In this document: piece by piece, positions 1 through 8,200 of the stretch
Numbering within the stretch: position 1 is the first letter of the stretch
Layout: each line of letters opens with the position of its first letter
Origin: Candidatus Woesearchaeota archaeon
Lineage (GTDB): Archaea > Nanobdellota > Nanobdellia > Woesearchaeales > ARS49
NCBI GenBank assembly: GCA_016188265.1
Contig: JACPID010000009.1
Coordinates: forward strand, 1-45,009
Direction: 5' to 3'
Length of the DNA: 45,009 nt
Made by a program: the position numbers and the translations under genes
The notes under the pieces: generated by a model
Told to the model about the DNA's origin: nothing
What the model saw: only the letters and a program-made list of their open reading frames with translations
Database searches by the model: none

Positions 1-2
1 CT

Positions 3-668
3 AAAACAAGTAATACAAGGAATTTTTCCATAGAAGAACGTGAAGATAGCTACGTTTTACACAGTGTTGAGTATGCTGATGAAGTGTGTGATTTTACTTG
101 GACTAAAGAATTATTAGATGGCGGAAACACTCACACCCAAGATTATTGGGTTAAAATTACTGACCAATTGCCCGATGCAAGAGATTATTATACAAGTCTT
201 TTAGAATTATACAAAAATAAAGATGGCACTCAATCTGGCTTAGTTGAAAAGGTTCGGCAAATGTTTGCCAAAGACTTTAAAGATTATTGGATGATGACAA
301 GCACAAGAATAACTTATAAACCAAAAGGTAAAGATAAAGTAACTCATAATTATAACATCGCTTCAGAAACTAGTGTTAACATAACTTTTGTAGGACCTGA
401 CGATTACGTTAATTCTAAAAGCAGTTTTGAAGATGAAATGGAAGTTTTATTTGGAACAAGAGATTGCAAAGAAGTTAGCAAAGTTTTCAAATGGGTTACA
501 AAAAAAGCAACTTACTTGTACAGAATAAATTCTACACCACAAAACACAGACAAGCGGGCTGTTGTGCTTGGCGTCGTCAGCGACTTCGTCATCTACGCCT
601 ATGACGTCATCAGCAGCGGCAGGCCCGCTCGCGGGGTGGTCGTCGCGCGCGAAACCCGAGCTGAATAA
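3..668 (+). CDS. DGR target protein, 5'-partial; probable C-terminal CLec-like variable domain
   Basis: The frame is open from base 3 (KTSNTRNF...) through the tracked 84..668 ORF, so the true start is upstream of the window. The C-terminus (RAVVLG...RPARGV) is encoded by the VR. The fold assignment is inferred from known DGR targets. Confidence 0.9.
   Translation, partial: KTSNTRNFSIEEREDSYVLHSVEYADEVCDFTWTKELLDGGNTHTQDYWVKITDQLPDARDYYTSLLELYKNKDGTQSGLVEKVRQMFAKDFKDYWMMTSTRITYKPKGKDKVTHNYNIASETSVNITFVGPDDYVNSKSSFEDEMEVLFGTRDCKEVSKVFKWVTKKATYLYRINSTPQNTDKRAVVLGVVSDFVIYAYDVISSGRPARGVVVARETRAE
553..639 (+). repeat. DGR variable repeat (VR)
   Basis: 87 nt aligning to 1005-1097 with 16 substitutions, all opposite TR adenines (11 A>G, 5 A>T), plus a 6-nt gap in the AAC run. 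Confidence 0.95.
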
Positions 669-710
669 AATTCAGCTGGGCACATAAAAATGCAAAGCAT
701 TTTTATCGTG
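655..710 (+). promoter_or_regulatory. Tandem stem-loops 3' of the VR (putative DGR retrohoming cis element)
   Basis: CCC-G-AGCTGAAT/AAA/ATTCAGCT-GGG followed directly by CAC-ATAAAAATGC/AAA/GCATTTTTAT-C-GTG: perfect 8- and 10-bp stems with 3-nt loops. DGRs commonly need a hairpin downstream of the VR. Confidence 0.8.
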
Positions 711-808
711 AAGCTCCATGAGAAATAAAGGTACATTAGAATTGTACAAGATGAAACTATTGTATACAGGATTAATTTTTATACTACTACATTCTATGCT
801 CGTTTTAA

Positions 809-1129
809 TTCCTGTGTGTGCCGTATAGCGCACAACCTGCGCCTAGGCTTAAAGGGATCGACCACACGTCTTGCTATCAAAGCAAGAGACTGAACAAAAA
901 CCATGTTCAGCATTGCTATAAAATACAGCCACAACAACAAGTAACCAATATCTTGGTGAAAGTCTTGAAGTGGCAGTGAATTTTTAGCGGTGGCAAGGCT
1001 ACTGAGCGGGCTGTTGTGCTTGGCGTCAACAACAACAACAACTTCAACATCAACGCCAATGACAACATCAACAACAACAGGCCCGCTCGCGGAATGGGAC
1101 TATTCCCACATTTACGGCACACGCAGGAA
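809..1129 (+). ncRNA. Putative DGR template RNA enclosing the TR
   Basis: 809-825 pairs with 1113-1129 (17 bp, one G.U on the + strand). Internal hairpins at about 828-842, 869-887, 890-910 and 1095-1108. Confidence 0.65.
1005..1097 (+). repeat. DGR template repeat (TR)
   Basis: 93 nt, rich in AAC, with 12 AAY codons in the VR reading frame. Invariant non-A positions are shared with the VR. Lies just upstream of the RT. Confidence 0.95.
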
Positions 1130-1159
1130 CTTTAATTACAACAAGAGAGTGTTTATTTA

Positions 1160-2284
1160 TTGAAAACATACAACAACTTATGGAAAAACCTTTGCAACTT
1201 TAAACACTTACAAGAATCTTACGAACTAGCCAAAAAACGTAAATCTTGCAATCCTAACGTAATAATCTTTGATGAAAAATGGCAATTAAATCTATGCATC
1301 CTATTAAGAGAATTACGCAAAAGAATCTACAAACCACTACCACTAAGAAAATTTGTACTTCGCGACCCAAAAACAAGAGTAATCTGCGTAAGCAACTTCC
1401 GAGACAGAATAGTACACCACGCGCTAGTCAGCATTCTACAACCTATTTTCGAACCAAGATTCATCCACGACAGTTACGCAAGCAGAAAAGGCAAAGGAAC
1501 ACTCACCGCAATAAAAAGACTGGAATTATTCTTAAGACAAGTAACCAAAAATGGACAATTAGTACAGAATGCCAAAAATAATAACCAAGTAAAAGGCTAC
1601 GCATTAAAAGCAGACATAAAACAATACTTTGACACAGTAAACCACAAAATACTATTAAATCTCATCAAAAATAGAGTCAAAGACGAAAACATACTATGGC
1701 TTGCCAAAGTAATTTTAAATAATTATAACACTGGAATTGAAGGCAAAGGAATGCCTTTAGGAAACTGGACAAGCCAATTCTTTGCAAACATATACCTAAA
1801 CGAACTAGATCAATACGTAAAAAAAGAATTAAAAACAAAATACTACACAAGATACGTAGACGACTTCATAATACTGCACCAAAACAAAAACGTCCTACTA
1901 GAATACAAATCAAAAATCAACAACTTTCTACAAAACAAACTAAAACTACAACTACACCCCAACAAATGCAAAATAACACCACTAGGTCAAGGAATCACAT
2001 TCTTAGGATTCAGAATATTCTACAACTACAAAACAGTAAGACACAGAAACCTAAAAAAAATAAAAACAAAATTAAAACAAATGCTCAACCAATACAAAAA
2101 CCAAAACACAAACCCATACAAAATACTAGAACTACTACAATCATGGAACGCTTACGCAATGCACGGAAACACATACCAATTAAGAAAAAAACTCCAACAA
2201 CAAACAGAACAAGAACTGCAAAAAATAAAAGAACAAATAGAAAACAAAATAAATAATAGGACAATAGTTTCGTTTTCTAAATAG
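1160..2284 (+). CDS. DGR reverse transcriptase
   Basis: 374 aa, TTG start. RT motifs PKTRVI, FRDRIVHHAL, LKADIKQYF, GMPLGNWTSQFFAN, YVDD and FLG. No endonuclease domain. Confidence 0.95.
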   Translation: MKTYNNLWKNLCNFKHLQESYELAKKRKSCNPNVIIFDEKWQLNLCILLRELRKRIYKPLPLRKFVLRDPKTRVICVSNFRDRIVHHALVSILQPIFEPRFIHDSYASRKGKGTLTAIKRLELFLRQVTKNGQLVQNAKNNNQVKGYALKADIKQYFDTVNHKILLNLIKNRVKDENILWLAKVILNNYNTGIEGKGMPLGNWTSQFFANIYLNELDQYVKKELKTKYYTRYVDDFIILHQNKNVLLEYKSKINNFLQNKLKLQLHPNKCKITPLGQGITFLGFRIFYNYKTVRHRNLKKIKTKLKQMLNQYKNQNTNPYKILELLQSWNAYAMHGNTYQLRKKLQQQTEQELQKIKEQIENKINNRTIVSFSK

Positions 2285-2326
2285 TACGCGCCATAAAGAG
2301 TGTTCTACAAATTATGGGGTGTACTA
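2282..2326 (+). terminator. Stem-loop directly after the RT stop (possible terminator or cassette end)
   Basis: TAGTACGCGCCATAA (2282-2296) pairs with TTATGGGGTGTACTA (2312-2326), with one mismatch and one G.U. Confidence 0.4.
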
Positions 2327-2483
2327 AAAAGAAAGACCTGACAAACTAAGCTATTAACGATCAATATTTTACAAGAACAAAACCAACAACTCAAACAATT
2401 AAACAAAAAAAATATCGTTATCAAAAATCAAAATACTTTGACGAGGAGGTACAAAATTAAGATTAAAATAAGGTTTAAAAATA

Positions 2484-2498
2484 GAAAAGCTTTTATAC
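2484..2498 (+). promoter_or_regulatory. Archaeal BRE/TATA promoter of MNT-HEPN pair 1 (likely leaderless)
   Basis: GAAAAGC-TTTTATAC about 23 nt before ATG 2521. Confidence 0.5.
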
Positions 2499-2520
2499 AA
2501 GTATTACATTTTTGTATTAT

Positions 2521-3057
2521 ATGTTACAAAAATATAGTATATTAATGGTTTTAGAAGTTTTTTTTATAGAGCCTTCTAAAGAACATTATCTGATGAATAT
2601 TAGTAGAACTATTAATATTGCTCATACATCAGTAAAACAAAACTTAATAAAACTAGTAAAGCGTGGCTTGATAAATCAAGAGACTCAAAGAAAAGGTAAA
2701 AGAAATTTTCCAGTATACAAAGCAAATAAAGATAATAAAGAATTCAAAAGATATAAAATGATTTACAACATCACCAGTTTACTAGAGTCTAGACTAATAG
2801 ATTTCTTGGAAGAAAAAATCGCTCCAAAAGCAATAATTCTCTTCGGAAGCTACAGAAGAGGAGAAGACCTTGAAGATAGTGACATAGATATTTTTATTGA
2901 AGGAATTGAAGAAAAAATAGACTTAAAAATTTTTGAGAAAAAACTTAAAAGAAAAATACAACTACACTTCAAGAAAGATTTTAATACATATCCTAAAGAA
3001 CTTAAAAATAACATCATAAATGGCATATTATTACAAGGCTTTTTAGAAGCCTACTAA
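2521..3057 (+). CDS. HTH-fused minimal nucleotidyltransferase (MNT, antitoxin-like)
   Basis: N-terminal wHTH, then LFGSYRRGEDLEDSDIDI (GS-x10-DxD). ATG 2521 preferred over TTG 2512. Confidence 0.85.
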   Translation: MLQKYSILMVLEVFFIEPSKEHYLMNISRTINIAHTSVKQNLIKLVKRGLINQETQRKGKRNFPVYKANKDNKEFKRYKMIYNITSLLESRLIDFLEEKIAPKAIILFGSYRRGEDLEDSDIDIFIEGIEEKIDLKIFEKKLKRKIQLHFKKDFNTYPKELKNNIINGILLQGFLEAY

Positions 3058-3058
3058 A

Positions 3059-3457
3059 ATGCTGACAAAAATACAACCAGACAAGCAAAAAGCTCAAGCT
3101 TTGAAAATAATGGCAGAAATAACACTTCAAAGACTAGAAACAACAGAACTAACCAAATACCCAAGCAATACACTAACAGACTATTATGACACACTGCACA
3201 AAATAATGGAAGCAATAACATTAAGCGAAGGAATCAAATTCAAAGGTGATGGCGCACATCAAGAACTAATAGACTATATATCACAAAAACATAATTTAGG
3301 AGAGCCAACAAAACAATTCTTGCAACAAATGAGAGAATATCGCAACAGAATAAGCTACGAAGGATTCATGATCAACAAAAACTACATCACACTCAATCAA
3401 GAAAAAATCAAGAACATAATCATAACATTAAAAGAAAAACTAGAAAAAATTCTTTAA
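3059..3457 (+). CDS. HEPN-like protein paired with MNT
   Basis: 132 aa, helical, coupled to the MNT gene. Motif YRNRISYEG sits at the HEPN R-x4-6-H position. Confidence 0.7.
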   Translation: MLTKIQPDKQKAQALKIMAEITLQRLETTELTKYPSNTLTDYYDTLHKIMEAITLSEGIKFKGDGAHQELIDYISQKHNLGEPTKQFLQQMREYRNRISYEGFMINKNYITLNQEKIKNIIITLKEKLEKIL

Positions 3458-3470
3458 CCACTTCTCAACA

Positions 3471-4343
3471 CTATGCTAATTGCTGATGTATTAATGAAAA
3501 TAACCATGGTGTTGTGTAAACTTCAATGATTCCTGCAATAAAAACAATAATTAATGAAATAAGCACAAGATTAGTAAAGTCAAGCATTATGTGTTCCATT
3601 TTTTTAATTTGAAAGTCTTTTCTTATTACTGCAGCAGATAAGATTCCTCCAGCCAAACCAGCTACGAAATAAGCAAGTATTTCTGGAATTCCATGAATAA
3701 AATATCTAAATAATGATAATGTTACTGCTTGTGTGTATGCTAGTACAGTATGAGAGCCTGAATTCATAAAATAAATTATGTAAGTATTGATAAAGCTTCC
3801 AAATGCTGCTGCTATAACTGAAGAATTCCATACTATGATAAATATTGCTCCAGCGCCAAATAGCAATGAAAAAAATAATGAAAAAACAACGACTTTGATA
3901 TTATTTAAAAATATTTGCAAAAATAAATCTGTTTGCGTAATATTTCCAGTTGCAACTCGTGAATTAATTCCATTTATTGTGTCGATCTGAGGTTTAAATA
4001 AGGTTTTAGCGCTTGCTTCTGGCAAAATAAGATATGAAGTTGTAAATGCTGCTGTCATTCCTATAAATAAAAATATAAAAAATAAAATTGCTTTGCCATG
4101 CTCGCGCAGTATTCTGTATTCTGATTTTATTGTTAAATCTTTTTTTTCTTCATAAATCATTGTGTGATAAAATAAAGGTGTTGCTGCAAGAACCGCAAGA
4201 AAAACCATCACCATTCCTGCTTGTTCTTGAAAAACCCATAAACTAATAAAAACAGCAATAAAACCGTAGAGTATGCCTAGGAGTATAACATTTACAGGAT
4301 GTTTCTCTGCTTGAAATGGATTTAGAAGTGATTCGAGCACCAT
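3471..4343 (-). CDS. SpoIIM/DUF95-family membrane protein
   Basis: Multiple TM segments. Motifs IFLNNIKV, WNSSVI, HGIPE and AGIIE. Confidence 0.8.
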   Translation of the reverse strand: MVLESLLNPFQAEKHPVNVILLGILYGFIAVFISLWVFQEQAGMVMVFLAVLAATPLFYHTMIYEEKKDLTIKSEYRILREHGKAILFFIFLFIGMTAAFTTSYLILPEASAKTLFKPQIDTINGINSRVATGNITQTDLFLQIFLNNIKVVVFSLFFSLLFGAGAIFIIVWNSSVIAAAFGSFINTYIIYFMNSGSHTVLAYTQAVTLSLFRYFIHGIPEILAYFVAGLAGGILSAAVIRKDFQIKKMEHIMLDFTNLVLISLIIVFIAGIIEVYTTPWLFSLIHQQLA

Positions 4344-4545
4344 CTTTTTAAACAAATATACATATTGTTATTTATAAATATTTAGTTATATCAAATCACT
4401 TTAATAATCGAAATTTCAGTGACAAACAGAAAGTGATTTGATTATTAGAAAATAACTTTACACAATTTTTATTTGCCAGAAAATTAAAGTTATTTTTTAT
4501 AATAAGTTAATTTTATAAATAATTTAGTATTTCTGTAAGAGTAAG

Positions 4546-4956
4546 ATGAATTATCTTGAAATGTTGAAGAGTGCAAGAGAAAAAATGCCTAAGCTAGTTG
4601 AAGAGCGTGAACGTTTTGATATTCCAAAAATAAAGGGCCATTTAGAAGGCAATAAAACTATTATAACTAATTTTCAGCAAATATTTCAGGTTTTTCGCAG
4701 GCCTGCAGATCATCTTTTGAAATTTTTGCTTAAAGAACTTGCAACTCCCGGTGAACTTAAGCCTTCAGGACTGCTTATTTTAGGGACAAAAATTTCTGCA
4801 AATCGTATTAATGAAAAAATTCGTGAATATGCAATTAAGTATATTTTGTGCCCTCTTTGTGGAAAACCAGACACTGAAATTATTAAGGAAGCTGGTTTCT
4901 TAATTTTAAAATGTTCTGCGTGCGGCTCAAAAACTCCTATTAAATCAAGAATATAA
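4546..4956 (+). CDS. eif2b: Translation initiation factor 2 subunit beta
   Basis: ERFDIP, GNKTIITNF, KELATPG and a C-terminal CxxC...CxxC zinc ribbon. Confidence 0.95.
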   Translation: MNYLEMLKSAREKMPKLVEERERFDIPKIKGHLEGNKTIITNFQQIFQVFRRPADHLLKFLLKELATPGELKPSGLLILGTKISANRINEKIREYAIKYILCPLCGKPDTEIIKEAGFLILKCSACGSKTPIKSRI

Positions 4957-4957
4957 A

Positions 4958-5245
4958 ATGTTAACAAAAGTTCATAAAAAAAATAATCACATTATTATAG
5001 CTATTTGTGATGAAGATTTATTGGGAAAATATTTTGAAGAGGATGACAAGCAAATAGATTTAAGAGGAGACTTTTTTGATGGTGAAAATATGGCTGAAAG
5101 TGAGACTGGAGATCTAGCGAGAAATGCTGATATTGTTAATCTTGTTGGAAAAAAAAGCATTGCTTTTGGAATTAAAGAAGGAATTATTGATAAAAAAAAT
5201 GTGAAAACTATTTCAGGCATCCCCTATGCTCAAGCTATTTTTTAA
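4958..5245 (+). CDS. DUF424 family protein
   Basis: AICDEDLLGK, NLVG and GIPYAQ motifs. Typical neighbour of aIF2-beta. Confidence 0.85.
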   Translation: MLTKVHKKNNHIIIAICDEDLLGKYFEEDDKQIDLRGDFFDGENMAESETGDLARNADIVNLVGKKSIAFGIKEGIIDKKNVKTISGIPYAQAIF

Positions 5246-5294
5246 GTATTGATTGTTGTGGTGTGCGTGAAAAAAATGGCAGTGTTTTGTGTTT

Positions 5295-8200
5295 TTAGCC
5301 AAACCAAGCTCCAAGGCCCGTTTGTTTTTCTTTTTCTTTGCCAAAAACACCTTCAATTCTTTGTTGTAATATTTCAATTGTTTGCATTAAGTATGGTGAT
5401 ACATTATATTTTTTTGCTAATGAAATTGTCGGTTCTAAATACTTTATAATATTGCCTTCTGAAACTGTAAATATTAATCTTCCATTGCATTTTATGCATT
5501 TGCCTACAATAGGAGGCCTTCTGTATTTTTCATTGCAAGCTACGCACCTAAATTCTTGTGTTGAAAATTTTCTTAAGTTTCCTTTTGTGTCTTTTAAAAA
5601 ATGTTTTTCAATAACTAATTCAGCAACATTGGAAGTATCAACAGCGCGTATTTTTTCTGCAAGCTCCATTTGCCCTTTGAGTTTTTCTTCCATACTTGGC
5701 AATGTTTTATATGCAGAACAATTAACTGTGTTATTTAAATCAGAAACATCATGAGTAAATCCATATCCTTCATATTGTTCTGGCTTGCCGAGATAAGATT
5801 TTAATTGCTCAATTGAAACTTCCCAAGGCATTTTGTATTCAAGTGATGCTTGGTATAATTCTTTCGGGTATCTCCAAGCTCTGTCTAAATCAAAGGCCAT
5901 ATCATCTACTTCTGCTGGAATTAATATTGAAGTAATAACTAATGGTGCATCCATGGTTGCTCCTCTTGTATTTGGAAGGTAATGTTTTGAATAGTTTAAG
6001 AAAGCGTCCATTAATAGAAATACACAAGCTTCGTCTCCATCACAATCGCGCCTCGTGGCTGCGTGTAACAATGGGTGTGCAAAAAATCCTTGGGTTTTTG
6101 TAAAGCCTGCAATACGCCCTATAATTCCTGCTGATGTGTGTGGCGCTAAACAGACAACAAAATGTCCAATAAGGTCTTTTTCGTTTTTTAAGGAATAAAA
6201 TGGCTTTAATCCATAAAAATTGGTTAATAATTCATCAATAAATTGGGAAACGCGAAATAGTAAAGTATGCGCTCCTTCTTCTGTAAGCTCTGCGCTTGCT
6301 GGAAGAAATATATCTTGTGGTTTAATTTCAAGAATTTGATCTTCATTTTCTAAGGGTTTTCCATAAATATCTTTTTCATACCCGAATTCTTTTAATTTTG
6401 TTATTGAAGTTTGTACTTCTTTTGGTTTAAAATGTGTTATTGGAAGTTGAGTCATGTCATATCTTGTTGTTCCATCTTTATTTACATGTATGTTGTGTTT
6501 TGCGCGTAAAATTCCTTTTGCTATGTGTTCTGGAATGTGGTTTTGATTTGAAGTTCCTCTAACTCCTTTAATTAAATTTGGATATGTTTTCATGCTAAGT
6601 TTTTGAAGTGCGTACTTAAAATACTCATTTATTTTAATTTGAGTATTTTTAGAAAAACTGTTTTTTCCATGTTTAGGGCATTCTTGTTGATTTTGTTGGC
6701 CGCATATTTTGCAATAATATTTTTTTTCAGTTATTTTGTTGCAAGTTTCACATCTAGATAAAATAGTGTCTTTATTGCAATTTTTACAAAAAAATTGGGC
6801 AAAATCTGCAGTTACTATTCCTTTTTCCATAGATGCTTGAATGCTTCTAAATTTTCCTCCTTCTTCTCCTACAGGAAATAACATATGCGGATTTCCAGTA
6901 AGTTTTCTTTGTTTTGCTTTTTCAGGCCTTCCCATTCTAGCTCCAATAAAAATGCCTGCTTTATCACAAACTTTTATAGAAGAAATATTTGTTAAATATT
7001 CAAGAATTGGTTCTTTGTTGTATGGTTTAATTTGTTTAAAAAGTTCAGTAAAAATTATTGCATGATCGCCTTTTATTACAATAAATTCATTTTGTACAAG
7101 TTTATGGGGAATGCCAATAAGTTCTAAAAATCTCTTTTCAGGATTATTTGGCAGGGTTATTTTTTCTATTTTATCATTACTTTTTATTATATTTGATTTT
7201 TCAATTAATTTAAGAAATGATAAGAATTGTTCTTGTTTAAGTACATTCCAATAATATGTATATTCTGGATGTATGGGTATTGATAGAATTTTTGATAAAA
7301 TAACTGCTTCTTCTCCAGTGGGATTTGTTGTTAGTGGGAATTTTAAAATTTTTTCAATTCTTTCTGCTGGAATTTTTGTTTTTTCACTTAATAATTCTGC
7401 ATCAATTTTTCCAAATAATTTTATACATGCTTCTTCAAGTTCCTGAATCCACCATTCTTGACAATATCCTGCAGGAACAAGTGGGTGAGCTCTATTAAAA
7501 AAATCACCATAACTAATAAGTGTATCTCCTAAATATATTATTTCTTGAATTAAAGGAAAATATTTTTTTGCTTCTTGTAATGTTTTAAGTTGAATAACTT
7601 CACTATCTTGAAGTTTTACAATCGGGCCGTCTATATAATCACAATTTGTTAATGCTGCCGCTTTTCCAGGCCTTTCAACTTTTATTTGTGTTCCTGTTGC
7701 AAGGTACTGATTAAGAATATACATTGTTGCTGGATGTATGCTTTGTGCTGAAAACCCTGAAATTCTAGAACGTCCATATCTTAATCTAAATGAACCGTGG
7801 CTTAAAGGGTGCCCTATTACTGGCCTTCCTGCAACAAGATCAGATATGTATGTATAATCTGGAGATATTTTTTTATCTAATTTTTCAGTTCCTTTTGCTT
7901 TTGCTTTTTTTTGGATTAAAATAAATTCTTCAAAAAAATTCCATTGATCCATATCAAAATCTTTCCCCCATTTATTTAGTTGTTTCCAAAGTTTTGGTGC
8001 TTTAAGAGGAATGCATGAAGACATTATTAAACAAAAACCGCTTCTAATAAGATTTGTAGTTATTCTAGGCAAATCTTTAAAATTTGAAACTTCAATATCT
8101 TCAGAAGGATCTCCGCTTATTTGAACTGGCATGTTTTTCATAAGAAAAGTTATTTCTTCAGGGCTTGGAAAATACTGTAAATTTGTAACTCTTTCATGAT

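Larger units (their letters stand above)
3..2326 (+). mobile_element. Diversity-generating retroelement (target-VR / TR / RT); left boundary outside the window
   Basis: VR/TR pair with adenine-only substitutions, post-VR hairpins and an adjacent RT with the DGR-type GNxxSQ motif. No avd-like ORF seen in the window. Confidence 0.95.

Noticed and set aside
718..828. 36-codon hydrophobic ORF between target and TR as a possible avd
   Set aside because: Far shorter than Avd, no resemblance to it, and it overlaps the ORB-like motif and the RNA helix arm.
916..1122. 68-aa minus-strand Leu-rich ORF
   Set aside because: Antisense read-out of the AAC-rich TR.
1279..2256. Overlapping +strand ORFs 1279-1581 and 1966-2256 inside the RT
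   Set aside because: Explained by the T-poor codon usage of the RT, which removes stops from alternative frames.
1160..2284. RT as group II intron, retron or CRISPR-associated RT
   Set aside because: The GNxxSQ motif, size and adjacent TR/VR pair indicate a DGR. No intron domain V or cas genes seen.
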